Below, in pieces: positions 1 through 9,864 of a stretch of 49,416 bases of DNA. Numbering within the stretch: position 1 is the first letter of the stretch; each line of letters starts with the position of its first letter. The stretch covers positions 1 through 49,416 of the forward strand of contig JAEEML010000004.1 of assembly GCA_016283195.1 (NCBI GenBank), read 5' to 3'. The DNA comes from Deltaproteobacteria bacterium (lineage in GTDB: Bacteria > JAEEML01). The translations under genes and the position numbers were made by a program. The notes under the pieces were generated by a model. It was given only the letters and a program-made list of their open reading frames with translations, was not told the origin of the DNA and searched no databases.

Positions 1-527
1 AAAACCACGGTATTGCAGGTTAAAAGCATAGCTCTTTTAGGATGGCCGGCCGAGCGAAAAACGGCATTTTGTCCATAGTAAATATGGGTGATGATGTTGC
101 CGTAGAGAATAATCTCCATATATTCTCGCGAATAGGGGAGAGTATCGGGACTGGCGCCAAAAAATATGAGAATGGGATCCAAAAAGATGAGGGCGATGAT
201 GGCAAAGAGGCCGCCAATGATAAAATTGAGCACCATGACATTGCCCAAAATGCGCCTTGCCGTGTCGTAATCCTTTTCGCCCAGTTTCACGGAAACCAAA
301 GTGGCAGCTCCCACACCAACTAAAGTGCCAAAGGCGGCTGAAATATTCATAAAAGGAAAGGTGAGAGCGATGGCGGTGATGCCAAGGGCCCCTACTCCTT
401 TGCCGATAAAAAAGGTATCGGCGATGTTATAGAGGGATGAAGCCATCATGGCGATAATGGCCGGGATGGCAAATTTCCATAATAATTTCTTTATGTTCTC
501 GGTTCCGAGATAGAGAGGTAAGCTCAT
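1..527 (-). CDS. MATE family efflux transporter (MepA-like), N-terminal part; runs off the window edge
   Basis: Missing from the ORF track because no stop lies in the window. Manual translation from ATG at 527: MSLPLYLGTENIRKLLWKFAIPAIIAMMASSLYNIADTFFIGKGVGALGITAIALTFP...; the 'LYNIADTFFIG' motif and hydrophobic pattern are typical of MATE. Confidence 0.9.
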   Translation of the reverse strand, partial: MSLPLYLGTENIKKLLWKFAIPAIIAMMASSLYNIADTFFIGKGVGALGITAIALTFPFMNISAAFGTLVGVGAATLVSVKLGEKDYDTARRILGNVMVLNFIIGGLFAIIALIFLDPILIFFGASPDTLPYSREYMEIILYGNIITHIYYGQNAVFRSAGHPKRAMLLTCNTVV

Positions 528-763
528 TTTTACACACTATAAATATATATAATTAAATAGAGGCAAGCACATTATAAAGAGGCGCATTAGGCACCTGGCC
601 CGCTCCGCAAGCTATATATGCCAAAAGACAAGCTATGGGCAAGTCATAAGCCTGGCGCCCGGTTAAAAAATAGCGCCTTTGAAGAAATGGTGATTATTTA
701 CTGACTTTTTTCACATTATGGTGTAAGAGGCTAGGGGCTTTGGATATGAGAAAGGAAAGCTCA

Positions 764-1846
764 ATGAAAAAGAATTTCTGTTTTTACTGCTCTTTGATTT
801 TTTTGACCACGTTGTTTACCGGGGCTTGTAACCGTCCCTGCCCGCCTGTTGCTCCGGCTAAAGAGTGCCCGGTGGTGAGCGATGCTAAAGAAAAGCCTTT
901 TTACGCCAAGGTCAACGGCCAGACCATTGAGCTTAAAGGCGAACGTTTAAATGCGGAAATAAAAGAAGAAATTGAGCGCATGGAGAAAGAACATCAGCAA
1001 AAAATGTTTCAAATGCGCTCTTTGGCTTTAAGCATGGCCATAGATGATGAGCTCCTAAAAAATGAGGCCCAAAAAAGGGGCACTACGCTTGAGGAGATGG
1101 TAAAGAACGATTTTATGGTTAAAGCTCCGCAGCCGACGGACGAAGAAATTAAGCAATTTTATGAGGATAACGGCCTTGATGCTCAGGGTATTCCGCTTGA
1201 TCTCATAAAAGAGCGCATTGGTGCCATGCTCTGGCAGAGAAAGCTGGATGATGTGCGTGATGAATTGGTCTCAAAACTGCGCAAAGAGGCCAAAATAGAA
1301 TACTTTATGACCCCGCCGGTTATAGAAAAAGAAAATATCCCCCTGATGGATGCCTCCTCTTGGGGTGATGCGCAAAAAGCCAAAGTAATTATTGTGGAAT
1401 ATTCCGATTTTGAGTGCCCGTATTGCAGCCGGGCCTCAGCGGTTATTGATAAAGTTATTCCCAGTTACGGTGATAAAGTTCTAAGAATTTTCCGCCATTA
1501 TCCGCTGCCCATGCACGAGCACGCTAAGGAGGCAGCTCAAAGTGCCGAGTGTGCCAGTAGGCAGGGTAAATTCTGGGAAGCACACGACATCCTCTTTAAG
1601 AATCAAACTAAATTAAGTGCTGAAGAAATAAGCGCTTATATGCAAAAAATCGGCCTTAATATGGATAGTTACAAGGCTTGTTTAACTTCCGGCGCAGCTG
1701 ATAAAATCATCGAGCGCGATATAGATAGCGGAGCTGAACTAAAGATTGACGGCACGCCGACTATTTTTGTTAACGGTATGCGTTTTGAAGGTATGCCGGA
1801 TGAATCGATGCTCATAGCTTATATTGAAGCTGAATTGCATAAGTAG
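764..1846 (+). CDS. Lipoprotein with SurA/peptidyl-prolyl-isomerase-chaperone-like N-terminal region and C-terminal DsbA-type thioredoxin domain
   Basis: AAAGGA RBS before ATG 764; lipobox-like FTGAC; EYSDFECPYC active site, RHYPL, cis-Pro motif GTPTIFVNG. Confidence 0.85.
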   Translation: MKKNFCFYCSLIFLTTLFTGACNRPCPPVAPAKECPVVSDAKEKPFYAKVNGQTIELKGERLNAEIKEEIERMEKEHQQKMFQMRSLALSMAIDDELLKNEAQKRGTTLEEMVKNDFMVKAPQPTDEEIKQFYEDNGLDAQGIPLDLIKERIGAMLWQRKLDDVRDELVSKLRKEAKIEYFMTPPVIEKENIPLMDASSWGDAQKAKVIIVEYSDFECPYCSRASAVIDKVIPSYGDKVLRIFRHYPLPMHEHAKEAAQSAECASRQGKFWEAHDILFKNQTKLSAEEISAYMQKIGLNMDSYKACLTSGAADKIIERDIDSGAELKIDGTPTIFVNGMRFEGMPDESMLIAYIEAELHK

Positions 1847-1879
1847 CCGATAATAAAGAATTTTGCTTGCGGAATACTC

Positions 1880-2977
1880 ATGGAAATATCCTGGTGGAAC
1901 GAAATAAAGCCGGAAATTCAGGCGGAGCTTTCGGCTCTTAATTTTGACCCGGTGGCCATGGAAGAACTTAGGCAAAAAGTTCTTTCCGGTGAGTATTCCC
2001 AAAAGGCTAATTATTGCCGTCCGCCGCCTGTTCCTCCCGAGGCTGAGCACCTGGCTTATTTTCCGACCAGAGAGAGTGCCAGTTATCGCTATTTTTATGA
2101 GCTGGGAATTAAGGCTCTGGCAGCCGGCCGGGTAGGCGTGGCTATTTTAAACGGCGGCATGGCTACTCGCTTTGGCGGGGTGGTGAAAGGGGCGCTGGAG
2201 GTAAATCGTGAGCGCTCTTTTCTGAAAATGAAAATCGACGATGTGCGTCTCTGGCAAGAGCGCTTAAATGTCAATATTCCCGTATTTATTATTAATAGTT
2301 TTGCTACCGATGCCGCCACCAAAGAGCACCTTTTAGGTGAAAAAGAGGTAAAAATAAATTACCTTAAACAAGGTGTGGGTTTGCGGCTTTCGCCTGCGGG
2401 TGAGATATTTTGGCCGGAACCGGGGCGGCCGAGTTTATATGCTCCCGGGCATGGCGATATGCTTAGAGCCTGGCTTGGCAATGAGGAGGCCATGGCTTGG
2501 AGCCGGGCGGATGACCATATTTTACTCATTGGCAATGTAGATAACATCTATTACACAATAAATCCTGTTATTATAGGGATATATATCAGCCAAAACCGGC
2601 CGCTTTTGGCCGAAATGGTGGAAAAAAGGCCCGGCGATGTCGGCGGCGCTCCGGCTTGGTACAATAATAAATTACAAACTATCGAAGGCTTTAGATTTCC
2701 GCCGGATTTTGATCAAGAACAAATTCATGTTTTTGCCACCAATAGCTTTGTAATAAAAGCCAGTGAACTCACCATAGAGCGGGAGTTTACCTGGTTTTAT
2801 GTTTTAAAAGAGGCCCATGGGCGAAAACTCTTGCAACTCGAAAAACTGATAAATCAGCTAACAGCCTATATTAACACAACTTTTTTGGTGGCTCCGCGCC
2901 TGGGAGAAGATGGGCGCTTTTTCCCGGTGAAAACGGCTATGGATATGGATAAAGCCCGTAAATCATTCTTGGCATAA
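1880..2977 (+). CDS. UTP--sugar-1-phosphate uridylyltransferase (eukaryote-type UGPase/UDP-GlcNAc pyrophosphorylase family)
   Basis: LNGGMATRFGGVVKG nucleotide-binding loop, PGHGD, NVDN, F.PVK motifs. Confidence 0.8.
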   Translation: MEISWWNEIKPEIQAELSALNFDPVAMEELRQKVLSGEYSQKANYCRPPPVPPEAEHLAYFPTRESASYRYFYELGIKALAAGRVGVAILNGGMATRFGGVVKGALEVNRERSFLKMKIDDVRLWQERLNVNIPVFIINSFATDAATKEHLLGEKEVKINYLKQGVGLRLSPAGEIFWPEPGRPSLYAPGHGDMLRAWLGNEEAMAWSRADDHILLIGNVDNIYYTINPVIIGIYISQNRPLLAEMVEKRPGDVGGAPAWYNNKLQTIEGFRFPPDFDQEQIHVFATNSFVIKASELTIEREFTWFYVLKEAHGRKLLQLEKLINQLTAYINTTFLVAPRLGEDGRFFPVKTAMDMDKARKSFLA

Positions 2978-3065
2978 AAAGCCGCTTTTGTTATAAAGTG
3001 GGGGCAGTTTTCCCCGCCTTGTCTTTCAAGAAAACGGGAATTAGTAAAAATAAAGGAGAAAAAAT

Positions 3066-4733
3066 ATGCTTAAAGGGCATCCCATAGGGTTATTGGTAGC
3101 GAGTCTTGCCAACATGGGCGAGCGTTTCGGTTATTATACCATGCTGGCCATTTTTTTGCTTTTTGTGCAGGCCAAGTTTGGTTTTTCGGCGGCGACAACC
3201 GGCCAGTTTTACGCCATCTTTTTGGCGGCTGTTTATTTTATGCCGGTTTTCGGCGGTATGCTGGCCGATAAGATTGGCTTTGATAAATGTGTTATTACCG
3301 GTGTTTCCATTATGTTTGCCGGTTATGTGCTTTTGGCTATTCCCACCGCCGCTAGCACGCTCGGCATGGTGATGATGATAGCCGCTCTTCTTTTGATTGC
3401 CCTTGGTACCGGCCTTTTTAAAGGCAATTTACAGGTTTTAGTTGGCAATCTCTATGACGATCCTAAATATGCCGCCAATCGCGATTCGGCTTTTAGCCTC
3501 TTTTACATGGCTATTAATATTGGCGCCATGTTTGCTCCTTCGGCAGCTACGGCCATCACCAATTACTTTTTGGGGCAAAACGGCCTCACTTATAATGCCA
3601 ATGTGCCGCCGCTGGCTCATCAGCTTTTAAATGGCACTATTACGCCGGAAAACAGCAGTAAATTAGCTGAGATAGCTGCCAGTATGAATAATTCCGGCGA
3701 CCTTTCGACTTTTGCCTCTTTCTACCTGGAAAAGCTGGCTACAGCTTATAATTTGGGCTTTGCCGTGGCTTGTGTTTCGCTCATCTTTTCCATCACCATT
3801 TATTTAACTTGCCGTAAAACGCTCACCGGCACCGCCGCCAAAAAAGCCGATAAAGAGAGTGCTAGCCAAAATGCGGCCGCTCCCGAACTCACTCCGGCCC
3901 AAACCAAAGAGCGCATGGTGGCGCTCTTTATGGTCTTTGCCGTGGTTATCTTCTTTTGGATGGCTTTTCACCAAAACGGCTCTTCGCTCACTTTCTTTGC
4001 CCGCGATTACACCGAAAGCCAGGTAAGTGGCCCCTTAAAAGCCGGCTTTAATATTTGGATTTTGGCAATACTGGCCGCTGCCGTTTATACTATTTTTGCT
4101 TTTATTAAAGCCACTGCCGCCAAAGGGCGGATTATCTTTGGCCTGGCCACTTTAGCTCTTCTTGGCGGCGCTTATGCCCTCTTTGCCGGCATGGCTGAGA
4201 GTATCCATATTTTACCGCAAGAATTTCAACAATTTAACCCATTTTTTGTGGTGGCTTTAACTCCCATTTCCATGGCTATTTTTGGGGCACTTGCCAAAAA
4301 AAATAAAGAGCCCTCGGCGCCTAAAAAAATCGGCCTCGGTATGTTTGTGGCTGCTCTCGGTTACCTGGTGATGATGGTGGCTTCCATGGGGCTTATGGCC
4401 CCAAGCGAACTTAACGGCACTGTTTCACCGCAGCTTGTCACCCCGACTTATCTCATTTCCACTTATTTGGTGCTCACTTTTGCCGAACTTTTGCTCTCGC
4501 CTATGGGCATTTCTTTTGTCTCTAAAGTGGCTCCGCCCAAATATAAAGGCATGATGATGGGCTTTTGGTTTGCCGCCACCGCCATTGGCAACTATCTTTC
4601 TTCCATTCCTTCTCTGCTTTGGAACAATGTGCCGCTCTGGGTCAACTGGACAATTCTAATGGCTCTTTGCGTTATTTCCGGTCTTGTGATGTTTGCCATG
4701 CTCAAGAAGCTGGAAGCAGCAACAAATAGCTGA
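3066..4733 (+). CDS. Proton-dependent oligopeptide (POT/PTR) MFS transporter
   Basis: ERFGYY, GTGLFKGN, FYMAINIG, ELLLSPMG motifs; many TM segments; AGGAG RBS. Confidence 0.92.
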   Translation: MLKGHPIGLLVASLANMGERFGYYTMLAIFLLFVQAKFGFSAATTGQFYAIFLAAVYFMPVFGGMLADKIGFDKCVITGVSIMFAGYVLLAIPTAASTLGMVMMIAALLLIALGTGLFKGNLQVLVGNLYDDPKYAANRDSAFSLFYMAINIGAMFAPSAATAITNYFLGQNGLTYNANVPPLAHQLLNGTITPENSSKLAEIAASMNNSGDLSTFASFYLEKLATAYNLGFAVACVSLIFSITIYLTCRKTLTGTAAKKADKESASQNAAAPELTPAQTKERMVALFMVFAVVIFFWMAFHQNGSSLTFFARDYTESQVSGPLKAGFNIWILAILAAAVYTIFAFIKATAAKGRIIFGLATLALLGGAYALFAGMAESIHILPQEFQQFNPFFVVALTPISMAIFGALAKKNKEPSAPKKIGLGMFVAALGYLVMMVASMGLMAPSELNGTVSPQLVTPTYLISTYLVLTFAELLLSPMGISFVSKVAPPKYKGMMMGFWFAATAIGNYLSSIPSLLWNNVPLWVNWTILMALCVISGLVMFAMLKKLEAATNS

Positions 4734-4760
4734 TTATAATTATTATTTTTGAGGCAATAA

Positions 4761-5843
4761 ATGGCAGGACGCCGCAAAAAAGTTGAGGACGAAGAATTTA
4801 TCATGGAGAGCGACAGCGTTTTCGGACGCGGCGATCTCTCTGCTGAACTGGAGCCCTTGGAACTCGATGAAGAGCTTTCGCTCCGGCCCAAAAAATTTAG
4901 CGAATATATTGGCCAGGAGGAGCATATTCGCAATTTAAAAGTCTATGTCACAGCGGCCGGGCAGCGCGGCGAAGCCCTTGATCATGTGCTCCTTTCCGGC
5001 CCGCCGGGCCTTGGCAAAACCAGTCTGGCTCATGTTATTGCCAATGAGCTGGGAGTTACTATTCATTCCACTTCCGGGCCGGCCCTTGAAAAGAAGGGCG
5101 ATTTAGCCGGCCTTTTGACCAAACTGGCCGAGCGCGATGTGCTCTTTATAGATGAAATTCACCGTTTGCACCCGGCGGTGGAAGAAAATCTCTACCCGGC
5201 GATGGAAGATTACGAGATGGATTTGGTGCTGGATAGCGGCGCCCATGCCCGTTCTTGCAAAATTCCTTTGAATCACTTTACCTTAATTGGGGCCACCACC
5301 AAGAGCGGCATGCTGACCGGCCCTCTGCGTGACCGCTTTGGCGTTATTTTGCGCCTCGATTACTATAGCCACCAGGCTCTTGAAACCATTGTGCGCCGCA
5401 GTGCTGATATTTTGCAAATTCCCTGCACGCCGGAAGCCGCCCATGAAATAGCCACCCGCTCGCGCGGCACGCCGCGTATTGCCAACCGCCTGCTCCGCCG
5501 CCTGCGCGATTTTGCCCAGGTGGAGGGCAATGGCACTATTGATCTCGATATTGCCACTATCGGTCTTACCCGTTTGCAAGTTGATAAAAAGGGCCTCGAC
5601 CAGCTGGATCACCACTTTTTGCTCTCTATTATTGACAAATTCGGCGGCGGGCCGGTGGGGCTCGATACCCTGGCCGCTGCTATTGGAGAAGATAAGGGTA
5701 CCATCGAGGATGTGGTGGAACCCTATCTAATTAAAGAGGGCTATATCCAGCGCACGCCGCGTGGCCGTATAGCCATGGAAACGGCCTATGCCCACTTTGG
5801 CCGCGAGATGAAAAGCCACACCAAGCAGCGAAAACTTTTTTAA
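4761..5843 (+). CDS. ruvB: Holliday junction branch migration helicase RuvB
   Basis: [43 protein letters not shown]...RTPRGR. Confidence 0.98.
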   Translation: MAGRRKKVEDEEFIMESDSVFGRGDLSAELEPLELDEELSLRPKKFSEYIGQEEHIRNLKVYVTAAGQRGEALDHVLLSGPPGLGKTSLAHVIANELGVTIHSTSGPALEKKGDLAGLLTKLAERDVLFIDEIHRLHPAVEENLYPAMEDYEMDLVLDSGAHARSCKIPLNHFTLIGATTKSGMLTGPLRDRFGVILRLDYYSHQALETIVRRSADILQIPCTPEAAHEIATRSRGTPRIANRLLRRLRDFAQVEGNGTIDLDIATIGLTRLQVDKKGLDQLDHHFLLSIIDKFGGGPVGLDTLAAAIGEDKGTIEDVVEPYLIKEGYIQRTPRGRIAMETAYAHFGREMKSHTKQRKLF

Positions 5844-5887
5844 TTTCCAGTAAATATAATATTTCTTATCGAATCTTAATTTTTTGC

Positions 5888-5917
5888 TTGACATTTAGCA
5901 AGACACCCAAATATGGT
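5888..5917 (+). promoter_or_regulatory. Putative sigma70 promoter of the Cys-rich lipoprotein gene
   Basis: TTGACA (5888-5893), 18-nt spacer, TATGGT (5912-5917), in AT-rich intergenic DNA. Confidence 0.5.
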
Positions 5918-5949
5918 AGCTGCCAATTACTAACTTGTTGGAGTTACCA

Positions 5950-8421
5950 ATGAAGAAGCTATGTTTCCTGATATTGCAATTGGTTTTTTGTTTTTCTTTT
6001 GCTGCTTGTAGTGAGCCGCAAACTCCTAACGGCGAAAGCGAAATAGCTATAGGCTCGGCATGTAAAGATACACCCGAGTGCGTAGAAGGGGCTTTATGTG
6101 TTGAAGGTGTTTGCCACTCCGTTTGCAAAAATCCTGATGAATGTGCCCAAGGCGAAGGCTGCCATGAAGGTGTTTGCCAAAAATGTTATAATGACGATGA
6201 ATGTAAGGGCGGTTACGCCTGTGATGTAAAGCGCGGCATTTGCGGAGCTCATTGCGAAGAAGATAAAAACTGCAGCAAATGGCATTATTGCACAGATGGC
6301 GGAGTTTGCGCCAAAAGAGGCGGCCGCGGTGAGGCCTGCAAAAGTGATCATGAGTGTTATGGCCGGCCTTGTGTTGATGGCGTTTGCTGTGAAGATAGCT
6401 GCACCGATAGCTGTATGGCTTGCAATATGCCTGGCGATGAGGGCTACTGTATGCCTGTGCGCATGGGGCAACTTGATGATGCTGGTTGCCCGGGGGAAAA
6501 GGCCTGTTCCGGTAATAATAACGATTTAGGCCACATGGCCTGCGATGGCCACGGCCAGTGTGATTATTTTGTGAGTGATAGAAACTGCGGCGACTATTAT
6601 TGCGTAAGCGGCGACAGCGTTAGCGATGAAGACGCTAGCTGCGCTGCAAGTTGCAAAGAACATAGCGATTGTCGCAACGGAAAAGTTTGCCATAATGGTA
6701 GTTGTATTTCCAAATTACCTTTGGGCGGTGCTTGCGAAGGTGATTTTATGTGTGTGATAGGAGGAATGTGCGTTAATGGCATTTGTTGCGATAACAAATG
6801 CGATGTTGATTGTAAATTCTGTAATAAAGAAGGGCACTGTCAGCCGGTGGCCGACGGCGAAACTGATGGCGCTTGCGATGGCTCGCAACTGGTTTGCCAC
6901 GATGGTGATGGGCAATATTTTACCAATCTTTGTGATGGGAAGGGAGCTTGCTCGCAACTGGTCAATAAGCAATGTGGTGGCGGATATCTTTGTAACGGCA
7001 ATGAGGCCAGTTGTTATCAAGATTGTTTGACCACCAACCTCTGCCAGGTGGGCTTTTATTGTGATACCAATAGCGAAAGCCCTACTTACGGTTCCTGTTT
7101 GGCACTGCATGAGCAAGGAGAAATTTGTGACGGCAGCAATATTAAATGTGCCGCCGGCCTTTTTTGTGTCGATGGCTATTGCTGTGATACCCAGTGCGGA
7201 GGCCTCTGTGAGGCCTGCAATGTACCTGGTAAGGAGGGTACTTGCAGCGCGGTAGTAAATAGCCTGGATGACAGCTGCCAGGGTGATAAATGCGTTTTTG
7301 ATGGCGAGGATCAGCAATATATGCACTATACGCTGGGTTGCGATGAAAACAGCACCTGCGCTGGCCTTTTTATGCAGGAGAGCTGTGGTAATTATGATTG
7401 TGCAGTAAGCAATAAATGTAACACTGGTTGCAAGGTAACATGCGAAAATAACACCATTATTGAAAATGGATGCAATGGGAGTAACAGTGATATTTATTGT
7501 AAAGCTCCAGACGGTACACCGGCTTTTGTTTGCGGTGCTATAAGCGATAAATTCACCGATAACGGTACCTGTGTTTATAGAGAAAAAAACGGCACATCCT
7601 GCCTGGCAGGGCGGGAGTGCCAAAGCGGAAATTGTGTGGATGGCACCTGTTGCAATGCCAGTACTTGCAAAACTACCTGCAGTGAAGGTAATCAATTAAC
7701 TCTACGTAACTGTGGCAGCGGCCAGTGCGAGATTTCCGCGACTGTTTCCTGCACCGGCCATTTGCGCTGTGCCGATGCCAATTCCTGTAAAGATAAATGT
7801 ACCGTTGATGGTGATTGCCTGGATGGCTACTACTGCGACGGTAATAATATTTGCCAGAAAAAACTCGATAACGGTGCTGAACCGGCTATGAACATGGCTG
7901 GATTAGCGGCTGTTACCTGTACCTCAGGTTTTGTCAGCGATGGTGTTTGCTGCGATAAAAAATGCGACGGAGCCTGCGAATCATGTGCTTTAGAGCATTT
8001 TGTCGGCACTTGCAAAGCTCTGGCTGATGGTACGCAACCGGAAGGATGCCAATCGGAATGTGGAGAGGCATTTCAAATTGGACATGCCGCAGGGTCTTAT
8101 ACGCCAGTTATTATATATTACAGTTTGCTAACTAAGAGAAAATGCCAAAGTGGGGTGTGTCAATCGGAAACACTCGATAGATCGGTGTATGCCTGTCTGC
8201 CGGATTTAAGCGGTTACTATACTTCGTGTTCTGCTACTGGACGCAGCGGAATAAGGCTCATACAATATGGGCCACTTGGAGAAGAAGAACTAAGAGAGAG
8301 AGCCGGTGAAATGTGCCATGCCAATTATAGTTGCCATGATGGAACCTATGGGATAGGTACGATGAGTTTTGCCGGTGGTACTGAAAGATATGAACATTAT
8401 TCAGACGGTGTTTGTTATTAA
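5950..8421 (+). CDS. Large cysteine-rich repeat surface lipoprotein
   Basis: GGAG RBS then ATG 5950; lipobox FAAC; five copies of a C-V-(D/N)-G-x-C-C core within repeated Cys-rich modules. Confidence 0.8.
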   Translation: MKKLCFLILQLVFCFSFAACSEPQTPNGESEIAIGSACKDTPECVEGALCVEGVCHSVCKNPDECAQGEGCHEGVCQKCYNDDECKGGYACDVKRGICGAHCEEDKNCSKWHYCTDGGVCAKRGGRGEACKSDHECYGRPCVDGVCCEDSCTDSCMACNMPGDEGYCMPVRMGQLDDAGCPGEKACSGNNNDLGHMACDGHGQCDYFVSDRNCGDYYCVSGDSVSDEDASCAASCKEHSDCRNGKVCHNGSCISKLPLGGACEGDFMCVIGGMCVNGICCDNKCDVDCKFCNKEGHCQPVADGETDGACDGSQLVCHDGDGQYFTNLCDGKGACSQLVNKQCGGGYLCNGNEASCYQDCLTTNLCQVGFYCDTNSESPTYGSCLALHEQGEICDGSNIKCAAGLFCVDGYCCDTQCGGLCEACNVPGKEGTCSAVVNSLDDSCQGDKCVFDGEDQQYMHYTLGCDENSTCAGLFMQESCGNYDCAVSNKCNTGCKVTCENNTIIENGCNGSNSDIYCKAPDGTPAFVCGAISDKFTDNGTCVYREKNGTSCLAGRECQSGNCVDGTCCNASTCKTTCSEGNQLTLRNCGSGQCEISATVSCTGHLRCADANSCKDKCTVDGDCLDGYYCDGNNICQKKLDNGAEPAMNMAGLAAVTCTSGFVSDGVCCDKKCDGACESCALEHFVGTCKALADGTQPEGCQSECGEAFQIGHAAGSYTPVIIYYSLLTKRKCQSGVCQSETLDRSVYACLPDLSGYYTSCSATGRSGIRLIQYGPLGEEELRERAGEMCHANYSCHDGTYGIGTMSFAGGTERYEHYSDGVCY

Positions 8422-8482
8422 TTAAAATTTAAATAAATCAATAAAATATTATTTATTTTAAATTCACTAAAAGGAGTGAAAA

Positions 8483-9853
8483 ATGGTGGATTTTATCAAA
8501 AATCAGCAGAAATGCGGGAGAGAAGAGCAATTTTATTGGAACACTTTTGAGCCGCAAGCGAGCCGGCCATCAGTAGCAAAAACGGCAGAAAAAGAGATAG
8601 GCACTAAGACGGCCGATAAGTCTATGCCGGCTAAAGAAGTTGACACTATGCAAAGAGTGCGCGGGCAAAATAAGAAGACAAGGCATAGCGGATTAACCAG
8701 AAAATATATCCCTACCATTAATAGCCTGGCTAGAGCCTCCAAAGCGGCCGCGCCCGATTTAAGCGAGCTGCAAAGTCAGCTAAAGACTAAGCTTTCGGAG
8801 AATGATTATGCGGCTATATGCCAGAGTATTAGCCTTTTTCCTAAAGAAGAACAAGTAGAAATACTTAATAAAATTAATGAATTAAGTAAAAATTGCGGAG
8901 ATGTTGGGGAGAATATAAATTTTTTTGTTAAGGTTAAAAAATGCGAAAAAATAAGCCAAATTCTCCGCCATGAACTTGGCAAATTAGATGAAAGAAATTT
9001 AATGTTTTATTTGGATAAAGGGCCGCATTTTACCGCAGAAGCAGTTAAAGATATTTTTAAAAAACAAAATAATATAGCTTATTTTGCCGGCCTTGATGAA
9101 GCTGTTTTAAATACACTTACCGGTGAAGTGCTCAGCGATATAACAGGCAAAGAGGCGGCAGATATTCAGGTTGCCAATATGGTGAGCGGCATCAAAATGG
9201 CTCTTGCGGCTAGGATTACCGATAAAGTTTTAAAACAAAATGCGGAGCTTGAGAAAAATAGCGGCACTTACGGAGCGGCGCTTGATCCCAAAATATTGGT
9301 GCTGGCTCCTCTGGAAACGGCGCTGGTTTTGGAAAATCTCGGTGCTAGCCCCGGCGACGTGCTGGTAAATTCGGTGGTAGAGGCCTATAAAGAGCGCGAA
9401 GGGCTTGATTTAGCACTAAAACTTTATAGCAACTTGTTGGCTAATATTACCACCGCTTACATGAATACGGCACTTAAAAGCGGCAAAGCACTGGTAAATA
9501 ACGGCAAAAAAGCTATGGCTTTCGGCACAACGTTTTTAAAAAATTTAAGGAGCGGCACTCAGGAAAAACCAGCCGATGAGCTTTCAAATATTTGCCTCAA
9601 AACGCTTACCGATACCATCAAAGGCACATTTATTCCCGGGGCAACTGCGGTAACCGGCTTGTTAGAAAGTTTTATGCAAAGGGAAGTCGCCGAAAATACT
9701 GCTGAAATAAACATTAAAAATGAGCTGGAAAAAGCGCAGGCCGATGTTAATTTAATTAAATCCGTTATCAATTTGAGCAGCTTTTTTGTGAGTGTCGGCA
9801 AAGAAAAAATAAGTGCCAAAATGAGCGATAAGATTGATTTTACAGCAAATTAA
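8483..9853 (+). CDS. Hypothetical protein (helical, no signal peptide, low-complexity N-terminus)
   Basis: 456-aa ORF with AAGGAG RBS; no motif recognised. Confidence 0.7.
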   Translation: MVDFIKNQQKCGREEQFYWNTFEPQASRPSVAKTAEKEIGTKTADKSMPAKEVDTMQRVRGQNKKTRHSGLTRKYIPTINSLARASKAAAPDLSELQSQLKTKLSENDYAAICQSISLFPKEEQVEILNKINELSKNCGDVGENINFFVKVKKCEKISQILRHELGKLDERNLMFYLDKGPHFTAEAVKDIFKKQNNIAYFAGLDEAVLNTLTGEVLSDITGKEAADIQVANMVSGIKMALAARITDKVLKQNAELEKNSGTYGAALDPKILVLAPLETALVLENLGASPGDVLVNSVVEAYKEREGLDLALKLYSNLLANITTAYMNTALKSGKALVNNGKKAMAFGTTFLKNLRSGTQEKPADELSNICLKTLTDTIKGTFIPGATAVTGLLESFMQREVAENTAEINIKNELEKAQADVNLIKSVINLSSFFVSVGKEKISAKMSDKIDFTAN

Positions 9854-9864
9854 GTTAAATCAAA

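Noticed and set aside
560-660. Scattered CAAG(C/T) motifs between the MATE and DsbA-like genes
   Set aside because: Too short and irregularly spaced to separate from chance.
6715-7695. 326-aa antisense ORF, and similar shadow ORFs such as 30155..30919, 20294..20833 and 47421..47675
   Set aside because: They lie opposite well-supported genes, have no recognisable motifs and are explained by codon or repeat bias of the sense gene.
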